DNA of 32,000 nt from assembly GCA_030649345.1 (NCBI GenBank), contig JAUSKK010000006.1, forward strand, positions 5,157-37,156, read 5' to 3'. Shown here piece by piece: positions 8,687 through 17,443 of this stretch. Made by a program: the position numbers and the translations under genes. Position 1 is the first letter of the stretch, and every line of letters begins with the position of its first letter. Under the pieces are notes generated by a model, which saw only the letters and a list, made by a program, of their open reading frames with translations, was not told the DNA's origin and did not search any database. The stretch comes from Candidatus Iainarchaeum sp. GTDB taxonomy: Archaea > Iainarchaeota > Iainarchaeia > Iainarchaeales > 0-14-0-20-34-12.

Positions 8687-8863
8687 ATGCTTCGAACACC
8701 CAAGCTATTGAAAAGAATCCTCAGTCGAGGAAAAACCGAATTAAAGTTAAGAAAATTTAAACAAGAACGGTATGCAGTCTACATTAAATTTGGATACACG
8801 CCCTTCCAAGCCAGAGCCATTGCAGCCGATGACGTAAAACGCAAAAGACGTTTTATGAAATAA
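8687..8863 (+). CDS. Possible 58-aa basic protein (not in the track)
   Basis: Hand translation: MLRTPKLLKRILSRGKTELKLRKFKQERYAVYIKFGYTPFQARAIAADDVKRKRRFMK. It fills the pheT-rfcL gap. No clear SD. Confidence 0.3.
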   Translation: MLRTPKLLKRILSRGKTELKLRKFKQERYAVYIKFGYTPFQARAIAADDVKRKRRFMK

Positions 8864-8879
8864 ATTAAATTGGTTAAGA

Positions 8880-10265
8880 CTAAAACAATTTGGTTTGTTT
8901 AATCAAGTCTTCTGGCTTAAGTTCAGTTACAGGTTCTTTATCCGATTCGTCAGTAGAACTATCCAATGCATGTCTTAATAATTTAGATTTTGGTTTTGCT
9001 TGTTCTTTGAAAGCTTGTGCTTGTTCTACAATGGTTTGAACTTTTTTAGTTTCAGGTTTGGTTTCCAACAAAAAAGCAATTTCTTCAGCTTCTAAATCTA
9101 AACTAAATGCAAGCTTGGGCGCTAATTCTTTATTGGTTAATAAAATCTTCAATAAAACCAATTCATTTTGACTGGCCAGTTTACTGGAACAATGAACTTT
9201 TTGGCCAATTTTTTTAGCCAACTTTTTCCGCAAGGCTTGTGCACTTAAACCACCGGTTTTTCTTAAAATTCCAGGAAACGCATAGGCTGTCCAGTTATGA
9301 TAGTCTTTGCTTCTGCTGAGCACAGTGCTGGCAGTCATTAAATCAATGGAATATTTGAGGAACCCATAATATTGTGTGCGGATAATTCTTCCATTAAAAA
9401 TATCTCCTTTGGAAAAAAAATCAAATGCCCGCGAAATATCCTCTCCTGCAAATTCTCTGGGAATATTTTCTTCCACCCATTTCATTAAAAAACTATAATC
9501 TGCTTCGCTTTTGTTGACTGCTTCTTTGACTTCAGCAAATGTTTTTCCGCGAAAAATAGAATGCATAGAATTGAAAATATTGTCTGAGCGTTCACGAAAG
9601 CCAAGCTGTTTTACTTTTTCAAGAGTAATTTTTTCAGAACCCATCATTTGCAAATCCAGTAAAGCAGCTCGAACATCTCCGCCGCATTGTTTAGCTAATT
9701 CTTTGACTGCATCTTCTTCAAATTCAATTTTTTCGCGCGCACAAATTTCTTTCAAATAGCTAGAGATACTTAAATAATTTATTTTTTTGAAATCAATTAA
9801 TTCACAGCCAGCTCTCAAAGGAGCTAGTTTGGTGTCTGCATAAATATCAATAGCTGTCAAAATTACAGGATTGGCAGTTTGTTTAGCAATAGCCAACATG
9901 GCTTGAGTTGCACCGCGATCTACAGAAGCGGTGGCGTCAATTTCATCTAACAAAATTAGTCTACGTGCATTCGAGAAACTAGAATTCAAAGCAGCTGCTT
10001 GCCCTATGCGTTCAATGACATCTTTGGCTCTTAAATCTGAAGCATTTAATTCAAATATTTGCCAATTCAGTTCATTCGCAACCAAATGCGCAATGGCAGT
10101 TTTTCCTACACCGGAAGCACCGTAAATCAATAAAGCTTTTTGCGGTTTTCCTTGACTCCATAGCTTGCACCAGTTTTGAATTTTTTCTACGCTTTGAGAA
10201 TTTCCAATAAATTCAGGCCAATGCATAGGCTTAAATTTTTCAGTGAATAAAATAGCTGAAGTCAT
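8880..10265 (-). CDS. rfcL: Replication factor C large subunit
   Basis: FTEKFKP...FIGN N-terminus, Walker A GASGVGKT, Walker B LILLDEID, acidic/basic C-terminal tail (PCNA-interaction-like). Confidence 0.85.
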   Translation of the reverse strand: MTSAILFTEKFKPMHWPEFIGNSQSVEKIQNWCKLWSQGKPQKALLIYGASGVGKTAIAHLVANELNWQIFELNASDLRAKDVIERIGQAAALNSSFSNARRLILLDEIDATASVDRGATQAMLAIAKQTANPVILTAIDIYADTKLAPLRAGCELIDFKKINYLSISSYLKEICAREKIEFEEDAVKELAKQCGGDVRAALLDLQMMGSEKITLEKVKQLGFRERSDNIFNSMHSIFRGKTFAEVKEAVNKSEADYSFLMKWVEENIPREFAGEDISRAFDFFSKGDIFNGRIIRTQYYGFLKYSIDLMTASTVLSRSKDYHNWTAYAFPGILRKTGGLSAQALRKKLAKKIGQKVHCSSKLASQNELVLLKILLTNKELAPKLAFSLDLEAEEIAFLLETKPETKKVQTIVEQAQAFKEQAKPKSKLLRHALDSSTDESDKEPVTELKPEDLIKQTKLF

Positions 10266-10381
10266 CTAAAAATTGGCTGAGATTGAGTTTAAAATTTGAA
10301 CGGATGCAAAAACTTAAGCTAAGAGATTGGTTGAAAACAAGCTAAATTAGCCCTGTTCAACCGAAAGTCATAAATAAACAT

Positions 10382-10398
10382 GTAACATTTAATGTTAC
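10382..10398. promoter_or_regulatory. Inverted repeat GTAACATT-T-AATGTTAC upstream of the 10421 operon; candidate operator
   Basis: Perfect 8-bp arms with a 1-nt spacer, about 22 nt upstream of the ATG at 10421, downstream of a TATA-like cataaataaa. Confidence 0.4.
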
Positions 10399-10420
10399 GT
10401 ATGAATTCGGAAAATTTTGC

Positions 10421-10747
10421 ATGGAAAAAACAACGGAGTTTAGAATATCTTTATCTATTGAAGATGAATTGCACATTCGGTTTACTAAAAAACAGAATGA
10501 ATTTATTGAGGTTTTAATTGTGTACAGTACTTGCATTAATACAACTTGGCATCAAGTTTTGCGAATTGATCAAAGTCACGGAATTTTACATAAAGACAAA
10601 TTATTTGAACCAAAAATAGAAAATGTAAAAGAACTTATTACTGAAAAGATTACTCCGCAACTTTTGGCTGAATTAATTAGTGAAATTAAAACAGATTGGC
10701 TAGAACTTAAACGATTGTTTATTAAAAATAAATTAGGAAGTGATTGA
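10421..10747 (+). CDS. Small protein resembling TumE/DUF6516-type toxins (recall-based, tentative)
   Basis: VLRIDQSHGILHKD resembles the LRYDNSH...H.H signature I recall for this family. 108 aa, and tightly packed against a wHTH gene whose ATG (10749) lies 1 nt after this gene's TGA stop. Confidence 0.4.
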   Translation: MEKTTEFRISLSIEDELHIRFTKKQNEFIEVLIVYSTCINTTWHQVLRIDQSHGILHKDKLFEPKIENVKELITEKITPQLLAELISEIKTDWLELKRLFIKNKLGSD

Positions 10748-10748
10748 A

Positions 10749-11102
10749 ATGAGAAAAACATTTGAAATCAGAATTGGAAGAGATTTTGCAAAAGATATGG
10801 GTCAATTTTTAGTAAACCCAAAACTTTTGGACAAAGAACCGAGAGTAGTTCGTTACATTGATTCTTTTGAAGTCCTGGCGGCTATTTTAAGCCCAGAACG
10901 TTTAAAGTTACTTCAAACTTTGAAACAAAAACCAAATTGCTCTGTAAACCAGTTAGCTGAACAGGTTGGAAGAAAACGAGAAGCTGTAAGCCGAGACTTA
11001 AAGTTGTTGTCATCCCACGATATGATAAAACTTCAAAAAAACGGAAAACACGTACACATTCAAGCTAACATAGATGAATTGGTCATAAAATTAAATGCAT
11101 AA
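10749..11102 (+). CDS. Winged-helix DNA-binding protein (ArsR/HVO_A0114-like), candidate antitoxin/regulator
   Basis: LSPERLKLLQTLKQKPNCSVNQLAEQVGRKREAVSRDLKLLSSHDMI is a typical wHTH. An SD-like GGAAGTGA precedes the ATG at 10749 (the track uses the GTG at 10740). Confidence 0.55.
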   Translation: MRKTFEIRIGRDFAKDMGQFLVNPKLLDKEPRVVRYIDSFEVLAAILSPERLKLLQTLKQKPNCSVNQLAEQVGRKREAVSRDLKLLSSHDMIKLQKNGKHVHIQANIDELVIKLNA

Positions 11103-11113
11103 AAAAACCAAAT

Positions 11114-11836
11114 TTAAAACGGCATAACTGTAATATCCCAAACCGCACAATGTTCAGACTGAAGGCAAATAAAACAAATAGTTCGAGAAACATCTTGGGC
11201 TTCCAGCATTTGCGGAACTTTTCCTTTCCAGACTTCTTTTTTTCTGCGATTGATTTCTTGAGAAGTAAAAAAAGGCGTTTGAACCATCCCTGGACAAACT
11301 GCACAGACTTTGATTCCAAGCTCAGATAATTCAGCGCGCAAGCCTTCTGTGAATCCCATTAAGCCAAATTTGGCAGCACTGTAAAATTCTCCTTTAGCAA
11401 ACGCACGTTTGCCTGAAATAGAAACCAGATTAATAATTAATCCAGATTTTTGTTTTTTCATAAACGAAACAACTTGTTTGGTTAAAATAGCTGGGCCCAC
11501 TAAATTCAAGTTAATCATTGCTTGAAATTTTTTAACATTCAATTCATCTGCACTCGCAAAATAACCCATGCCGGCATTGTTAATCAAAATATCAATTTGT
11601 TTAAATTTTTGAATAGTTTGAGTTACAATTTTTTTCATTTGTTTTTCTTGAGTTACATCTCCAGATAAAATCAGAAAAGAATTCGAATCAAAACATTCGC
11701 TTAATTCAGATTTCAAAACTTTGCACTCACCGGCATTCGGGGCAAAAGTTGAAACACAAAAGCCCAAATTTAGCAAATCCAATACAGTTGCTTTTCCAAT
11801 TCCAGAGGTTCCACCGCTGATCAAAACAGTCTTCAT
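11114..11836 (-). CDS. Short-chain dehydrogenase/reductase (SDR)
   Basis: TGGTSGIGKAT Rossmann motif, NNAG, catalytic YSAAKFG. ATG at 11836 preferred over the TTG at 11854. Confidence 0.8.
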   Translation of the reverse strand: MKTVLISGGTSGIGKATVLDLLNLGFCVSTFAPNAGECKVLKSELSECFDSNSFLILSGDVTQEKQMKKIVTQTIQKFKQIDILINNAGMGYFASADELNVKKFQAMINLNLVGPAILTKQVVSFMKKQKSGLIINLVSISGKRAFAKGEFYSAAKFGLMGFTEGLRAELSELGIKVCAVCPGMVQTPFFTSQEINRRKKEVWKGKVPQMLEAQDVSRTICFICLQSEHCAVWDITVMPF

Positions 11837-11896
11837 TTCATAAATTAAAGACAATGTAGAATTAAAATCTGTCGGAGTAAAATTTCAAGAGATACT

Positions 11897-13327
11897 ATGC
11901 AGCGTGCTCGTTTTAATCCTAGAAAACACAAGCCAGTCAGAACACAGCACCCTGTATTAGGTGAATTAGAGTTAGACAAACGTTTAGCTCAACAAAAAGG
12001 TGTGCGTTATAAATCTTGGGCAAAAGTAGCTAAAGGATGGTATGGAAATACTGGAATCAGCAGACCCCATATTGAGTTTGTAAGAAAACCCAGAGAAACG
12101 TATCTTTTGTTAAAAAAACTTGCTGAGCATCCCACGCCTGAAAATATTCGAAAAATAAATAGAATCTATCAAGATCGAATTCAAAGTTGTACTCAAACAC
12201 TTTCCAGAGTTTTTGGAATTCGGAATCCACAAGTCGTATTTGAATCCAATGGAACCATGGCATTGGCTTTTTTGCGAGGACTTACAGGAGCTGAAGGAAA
12301 AACAGTCCTGCATACAACCGATATGGGAAGAATTGTTGAACGAGCACTCCAAGGAGAAGATACCTCGCGTACAAAAGAAGACTTCAAACAACCCATTGGA
12401 CTGTTTTCACATGCCGGAGCTTTAAAAGAAGAAAAAATATCTACAGTACATACTATGGATTTATACACAAAAAAGGATACTCCAAAAACAGATACTGAAA
12501 TTTGCCGAGAACTCTTTAGTGAAATTCAAAGACAAAGACCAGCATTAGTAATTGTGCCTCAAATAAGCAGAAGTGGAAGAAGATTGCCAGTAAAACGAAT
12601 TGGAAAATTTGTAAAAGAGTTTAATCAAAAAACTGGTTCTAAAATAATATTTGTTGTGGATGGAGCGCAAACCATTGGCCGAGTTTCTGCTGAAGAAATG
12701 CAAAATCCTTTAGAGTATTGCGACGCTTATATGTTGGTTGGTCAAAAAGCATTGGGTGCCATGATTTCTGCAGCAGTAGTACTGAAACCAGGATTGGTTG
12801 AAGCCAATGCCAATAATTTACTTCAATCCAGTATTGCTGCAAGATTAAGTAGGTATCAGTTTGCGCAACCAGTACCTAAACTAGAGGCATTTCTAAAAAA
12901 AGAATCCAACCATTATGCAGTTTCATTGCCTGAAATTGAATCATTGGATTTAGCACTTCAAGCATTAGAAACCAGAGGAAGAGGCACAACATTTTCTCAG
13001 CGCAGACTGCATCAAGTCAAACGAATGCAAGCATTGCAAAAAACACTTGTTTCCAAACTAAATCAAGTTCGCGGAATTAAAGTACTGCAAGCAGAACCTC
13101 AAACACCACGCACCCACAGCATTGTAACTTTTACATTAACAAAATCAGCTGGAATGACTGCAGAAGAATTCCGAAATAGACTTCAAGAATTAGATTCACC
13201 TATTACATTAGCTCCATTATACCAAAGACCCGTACTTCGGATTGGACTAAGTGAACTCCGCGAACAAAACTTGGATTATTTAGTGCAATCTATCAAAAAA
13301 ATATTGACAAAAGGCAAACACGCCTAA
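11897..13327 (+). CDS. PLP-dependent enzyme, aminotransferase class V-like fold (divergent)
   Basis: VVFESNGTMALAF, FVVDGAQTIGRV and LVGQKALGA (candidate PLP lysine) parallel class V motifs. Long basic N-terminal extension. Confidence 0.5.
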   Translation: MQRARFNPRKHKPVRTQHPVLGELELDKRLAQQKGVRYKSWAKVAKGWYGNTGISRPHIEFVRKPRETYLLLKKLAEHPTPENIRKINRIYQDRIQSCTQTLSRVFGIRNPQVVFESNGTMALAFLRGLTGAEGKTVLHTTDMGRIVERALQGEDTSRTKEDFKQPIGLFSHAGALKEEKISTVHTMDLYTKKDTPKTDTEICRELFSEIQRQRPALVIVPQISRSGRRLPVKRIGKFVKEFNQKTGSKIIFVVDGAQTIGRVSAEEMQNPLEYCDAYMLVGQKALGAMISAAVVLKPGLVEANANNLLQSSIAARLSRYQFAQPVPKLEAFLKKESNHYAVSLPEIESLDLALQALETRGRGTTFSQRRLHQVKRMQALQKTLVSKLNQVRGIKVLQAEPQTPRTHSIVTFTLTKSAGMTAEEFRNRLQELDSPITLAPLYQRPVLRIGLSELREQNLDYLVQSIKKILTKGKHA

Positions 13328-13366
13328 AGTCATTGTGTTTTAAACTTGATTTACAAATAGTTTCCT

Positions 13367-14566
13367 ATGTTAGTCGGAGTTGTCGGAAAACCTTCCACTG
13401 GAAAAAGTACTTTTTTTAAAGCTTTAACCATGGCTGACGTGGAAATTAATCCAAGGCCATTTACTACCATTAAACCAAACCGAGGCGTAGGTTATGTACG
13501 CATAGAATGTGTTGAAAATGAATTTAAAGTTAAATGCAATCCCAGACAAGGAACTTGCTTGAATGGCACCCGATTTGTCCCAATTGACATGCTGGATGTT
13601 GCAGGATTAATTGAAGGAGCTCATGAAGGCAAAGGATTGGGAAATTCTTTCTTGGATGACTTAAGACAAGCCGATGCATTGGTTCACATTGTAGATTGTT
13701 CTGGAAGCACGAACGAAAAAGGAGAGCGCTGTGCACCCTTAACCCATGATCCAGCTATAGACATTAAAATGTTGGAAAATGAAATGAATCAATGGATGGC
13801 ACAAATTATTGGAAAAAATTTTCAAAAATTCAGCAAACGAGTAGCCACTGAAAAAAAACAAATGTACAAAGAATTAGCACTTCAATTAAGTGGTTTGAAA
13901 ATTTCCGAAGAACAAGTCAAAGCAGCTTTGGATAAACTTAAATTAATGGACTTATCTGCTTTGAGTTGGACAGAAAAAGAATTTTTAGAATTAGCCATAG
14001 AATTACGAAAAGCCAGCAAACCCATGCTAATTGCAGCCAACAAAATCGATATTCCTGGAGCCGACAAAAATTTGGAGCGATTAAAGCAGGAATTTCCAGA
14101 TTATTTATTTGTGCCTTGCAGTGCCGAAGCTGAGCTTGCATTAAAAGAAGCTGGAAAAAAAGGATTGATTGAATACATTCCGGGAAGCAATAATTTCAAA
14201 ATTTTAAACGAATCTTTATTAAGTGAACAACAAAAACAAGGATTGCTTTTTTTGCAAAAAAACGTTTTAGACAAATATGGAAGCACTGGAGTCCAAGAAG
14301 TTTTAGATGCCGGAGTATTTAAGTTACTGGAAATGATTGCTGTATTCCCTGGAGGCTTAAATAATTTAACGGATTCCAAAGGAAGAGTTTTGCCGGACTG
14401 TTATTTGATGCCCAAGAATTCTACAGCTTTAGATTTTGCGTTTAAGATTCACACAGATTTTGGGAACAATTTTATTCGAGCAGTCAATGTCAAAAAAAGA
14501 ATGGTTATTGGTCGAGACTACACACTTCAAAACAGAGACGTTATAGAAATTATAAGCGGAAAGTAA
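13367..14566 (+). CDS. Obg-family GTPase/ATPase (YchF/Ygr210-like) with C-terminal TGS-like domain
   Basis: G1 GKPSTGKST, G2 FTT, G3 DVAGL, G4 NKID; C-terminal RDVIEI typical of TGS. Confidence 0.8.
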   Translation: MLVGVVGKPSTGKSTFFKALTMADVEINPRPFTTIKPNRGVGYVRIECVENEFKVKCNPRQGTCLNGTRFVPIDMLDVAGLIEGAHEGKGLGNSFLDDLRQADALVHIVDCSGSTNEKGERCAPLTHDPAIDIKMLENEMNQWMAQIIGKNFQKFSKRVATEKKQMYKELALQLSGLKISEEQVKAALDKLKLMDLSALSWTEKEFLELAIELRKASKPMLIAANKIDIPGADKNLERLKQEFPDYLFVPCSAEAELALKEAGKKGLIEYIPGSNNFKILNESLLSEQQKQGLLFLQKNVLDKYGSTGVQEVLDAGVFKLLEMIAVFPGGLNNLTDSKGRVLPDCYLMPKNSTALDFAFKIHTDFGNNFIRAVNVKKRMVIGRDYTLQNRDVIEIISGK

Positions 14567-14661
14567 ATTAATCACTTGTTTTCAAGATATTAAAATGACA
14601 AAAACAAAACTTGCAAGAATCATTGAAAAAATAAAAGTTGAGAAGATATTGGCTGAAAATA

Positions 14662-14696
14662 TTCGAAATGTTTACAAAAATCGAAAACATTTCGAA
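14662..14696. terminator. 12-bp-stem hairpin (ttcgaaatgttt / aaacatttcgaa) between the convergent GTPase and kinase genes
   Basis: Perfect inverted repeat read directly. The function as a terminator is inferred from its position only. Confidence 0.3.
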
Positions 14697-14755
14697 AAAA
14701 TAAAGGAATTAAAAATTGAGTCTTGGTAATTGAAATTATTTCAGGAAAATAGATT

Positions 14756-15694
14756 TTATTCCGGCAAAACAATTGTAAACCTAGCTCCTTTTCCTGGGCC
14801 GGCAGAATATGCAATTAATTTTCCACCCATTAAATGGACTGCATGCCGAACTAGGACTAATCCAGAACCTGAACCATCTTGCCCAGATTCAGCAAAACCA
14901 CTTCTTCCTTTAAAAAAAGAAGGTAAATCTTTCACGTCAAATCCACGGCCGTTATCTTCCACAGAAATATGCACTTGTCCAGCTTTGCGTTCTGAAGTAA
15001 TACGAATCGGCCAAGGCCTAGACGCAACACTTTGAATAGACTTACCGGAATTTATGGTTAAGTTAAACAAAGCAAAATACAATAAGTTAGGATCTGCTTT
15101 CACAAAAGGAACACGAAAATTTCGAACCACAAGTTTAGTGGATTCAGAAGATAAAAATTTTGGAAAACCGGAAAGATTTACTAGGCTATTGTTTGCACGA
15201 GCCGATTGATTGGGCGAATAAATTTTTCTGTATGCTCGTGTGTTATGCAAGTCTCGTTGTAAAGCAAGTAAAGCTGAATCTCTTCTGCCCACAATATCAT
15301 CCTTACGTCCTGCAGCTAAATCATTGTACACAAAACTAGGCTGGCCTAAAGAATTCATAATATTATGATTGCCTTGACGAAATGCAGCAACTGCAGCTCG
15401 AGTAAACTGAGTTCGAAATCGAGATCCTTTCATTTGACTAGTGATAGCACGCAAACGAATTGCAAAAGCAGTTTGCATTTTCGCAAAACCCAATGCTTGT
15501 TCAGGTGTTGTAGTTTCCGTAATTTTTTTTACATTTTCAATCAAAACAGAAAGACCACGATCGATTTCAGCAAACGATCTAAAAATCACTCTTTGTTGAC
15601 TTGCTAGTTTAGACAAAGGTTTTTGTGCATTCGTTCGAACTAAGCCGCGACGTTTTCGTTGTTCACGCAAGCGTTGTTTAATTCTTTGTTTCAT
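14756..15694 (-). CDS. Soluble histidine-kinase-like protein (HATPase_c with a possible HisKA_2-type H box)
   Basis: N box FNLTINSGKS, G1 VEDNGRGF, G2 GSGSGLVLV. GNHNIMNSL about 100 aa upstream resembles H-R-x-K-N-x-L. No TM segment and no sensor domain recognised. Confidence 0.65.
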   Translation of the reverse strand: MKQRIKQRLREQRKRRGLVRTNAQKPLSKLASQQRVIFRSFAEIDRGLSVLIENVKKITETTTPEQALGFAKMQTAFAIRLRAITSQMKGSRFRTQFTRAAVAAFRQGNHNIMNSLGQPSFVYNDLAAGRKDDIVGRRDSALLALQRDLHNTRAYRKIYSPNQSARANNSLVNLSGFPKFLSSESTKLVVRNFRVPFVKADPNLLYFALFNLTINSGKSIQSVASRPWPIRITSERKAGQVHISVEDNGRGFDVKDLPSFFKGRSGFAESGQDGSGSGLVLVRHAVHLMGGKLIAYSAGPGKGARFTIVLPE

Positions 15695-15732
15695 ATAATG
15701 TTATGTTTGCAAGAAATTAATAAAATGCATGG

Positions 15733-16158
15733 CTATTTCCAAAGTGAAAACTTTTTAGTTAGTTCAGAAACTTTATTCCATTCGCCCAACAAACAAATTC
15801 CAAAATACTCCAAGTTTTCTTCTTTGGTTTTTTGAGTATTTTCATGCTGTTGAACATACGTTCCATCAACCACAGTATTCGTAAAATCAGTAAATGAAAT
15901 ACCTAATTCAATAAGTTGTTTGCGCAGGTTTCGAATTTGATTAGAATTTGCTTTCAATACAATAAATGGAATATCTGAAATTGAAGAATGAATTCCTTGA
16001 TCTGCATCTTGATAATCCTGCAAACGAAGTTCTTCTTTTACAGGAACACTTACACCTAAACCTAAAGCCATGTGCGCCAAGGCATTCAGGATTTTGCCTG
16101 TTTCCATTTTTTCGTTTAATACTGCCACTAATTTTTTTTCAAACGGTTTAAAGTCCAT
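15733..16158 (-). CDS. DUF2000-like protein (peptidyl-tRNA hydrolase 2-like fold family)
   Basis: KLVAVLNEKMETGKILNALAHMALGLG ... IPFIVLKANSNQIRNLRKQ ... FTDFT ... YFGICLLGEWNKV matches my recollection of DUF2000 conservation. ATG at 16158 preferred. Confidence 0.5.
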   Translation of the reverse strand: MDFKPFEKKLVAVLNEKMETGKILNALAHMALGLGVSVPVKEELRLQDYQDADQGIHSSISDIPFIVLKANSNQIRNLRKQLIELGISFTDFTNTVVDGTYVQQHENTQKTKEENLEYFGICLLGEWNKVSELTKKFSLWK

Positions 16159-16192
16159 AAACAAATAACCTAAAAAAATAAAAAAGAAAGAA

Positions 16193-16459
16193 TTATTTCA
16201 TGCTTGGAAATAATTCGTCTCTGGTTTCTGCAGCCATTCTGCGTTCAGCATCTTCTACTAGTCTAACCATATTTTTGAGTTCTTTGTCTTTGCTTTTCAG
16301 TCTCTGCAAAGCATAAAAATAAGCATTAATAATGGAGTCAAAATCTAGTTTTCGTTTCAATCCCATGCGAGCTACTTCTTCAAAATAAACTTTAACTAAT
16401 TTTAAAGCCAAAGCTTCGTCTGCAATGCAGCCGCATTTTTTTCCTTCATCTTCACCCAT
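16193..16459 (-). CDS. Hypothetical 88-aa protein
   Basis: Strong SD (AAGGTGATC) 5 nt upstream of the ATG; helical, charged sequence; no recognisable family. Confidence 0.5.
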   Translation of the reverse strand: MGEDEGKKCGCIADEALALKLVKVYFEEVARMGLKRKLDFDSIINAYFYALQRLKSKDKELKNMVRLVEDAERRMAAETRDELFPSMK

Positions 16460-16505
16460 AATCAGATCACCTTACAAAATACCCTTAGAAAACCAATAAA
16501 AATCT

Positions 16506-17432
16506 TTACCATCGGCCTCCGCCTCCGCCTCCACTAAAGCCTCCGCCGCCGCCAAAGCCGCCGAAACCTCCGCTGCCTGAAGAACCACCACTGCCGCCTC
16601 TCCAGCCTCCATAAAAGCCACCGTATTTGCCTTTTTTGAAACCTTTTCCTTTAGACGCAATATACGAAAATCCAAATACCGTATTTCCAAAAAATGAAAT
16701 AAATCCAAAAGCAAACAAAAAGAATGCACCAAAAACAAGAAAACTTAAAATTAAAAGACTTAAATTAATTCCAAACAAAGATACAGGATATGGAATTTTT
16801 TTGTCTTCTTTTAACTGAAACGGCAAACCGCCAAACAAGAATAAAAACAAAAATGGAAACAAAGGAAACAAAAAAGAAAGCAAAGCAAAACCAACTTCTG
16901 AACCCAAAGAAGATTCTGTTGAAGAATATTTGCTGACAATTTCTGGATCTTGTTGAATATATTTTTCCATATCTTGAATGGCTAAACTAATTCCTTGAAA
17001 ATAATTTCCAGAACGAAAATTATTTGGAAAATCTTCTTCTCCAATGGAATCCACTGCTAAGTCCGGCAAAGTTCCTTCAATACCTTTCGCTGTAGCAATA
17101 AACCAGGCGCGATCATCCACAGCAATTAAAATTAAAACTCCGTTAAACACATCTTGTTTGCCAATTTTCCATTGATTGCCTAAATCAAACGCATAATCTT
17201 CAATGGGTTTTCCTTCCGTTGAATCAATGAACACTACAGCTATTTCTACACTGGTATTTTCATCCAATAAACTCAATTGGTGTTCTAAAGATTCTTTTTC
17301 TTGCGGAGATAAAATATTCGCAAAATCATTCACATAACCCGAAGGATTGGGTACTTGATCAAACGGCAAAGCTAAGGTTGAAAAAATAAAAAAAGAACAA
17401 AAAAAGAAAAAGAAAAAATTTCGATAATTCAT
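16506..17432 (-). CDS. TPM-domain (YgcG-like) membrane protein with glycine-rich C-terminus
   Basis: Signal-like N-terminus, YVNDFANILSPQEKESLEHQL...VEIAVVFIDS TPM motif, TM segments, GGFGGFGGGGGFSGGGGGG tail. Confidence 0.75.
   Translation of the reverse strand: MNYRNFFFFFFCSFFIFSTLALPFDQVPNPSGYVNDFANILSPQEKESLEHQLSLLDENTSVEIAVVFIDSTEGKPIEDYAFDLGNQWKIGKQDVFNGVLILIAVDDRAWFIATAKGIEGTLPDLAVDSIGEEDFPNNFRSGNYFQGISLAIQDMEKYIQQDPEIVSKYSSTESSLGSEVGFALLSFLFPLFPFLFLFLFGGLPFQLKEDKKIPYPVSLFGINLSLLILSFLVFGAFFLFAFGFISFFGNTVFGFSYIASKGKGFKKGKYGGFYGGWRGGSGGSSGSGGFGGFGGGGGFSGGGGGGRW
16512..16625. repeat. GC-rich low-complexity (GGN)n coding tract, including (CCTCCG)x3
   Basis: Encodes the Gly-rich tail of the TPM protein. 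It also creates the spurious antisense ORF 16472..16738. Confidence 0.7.
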
Positions 17433-17443
17433 GGATATCGAAA

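Noticed and set aside
12057-12842. Multiple short ORFs on both strands inside the PLP-enzyme gene
   Set aside because: They overlap one another and the 476-aa frame that carries the PLP-fold motifs. None has an SD or a recognisable motif.
14595-14729. 44-aa plus-strand ORF (MTKTKLARIIEKIKVEKILAENIRNVYKNRKHFEKIKELKIESW) between the GTPase and kinase genes
   Set aside because: It has no SD and a Lys/Ile/Glu-rich composition expected from AT-rich spacer. It also contains the 12-bp hairpin that more plausibly serves the convergent genes. It cannot be excluded, but it is not supported.
14730-15607. Plus-strand ORFs 14730..15035 and 15365..15607
   Set aside because: Both are antisense to the histidine-kinase-like gene, whose N/G1/G2 boxes identify the real frame.
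16472-16738. 88-aa ORF with an Ala/Glu/Val-rich tail
   Set aside because: It is the antisense reading of the (GGN)n tract that encodes the Gly-rich tail of the TPM protein.
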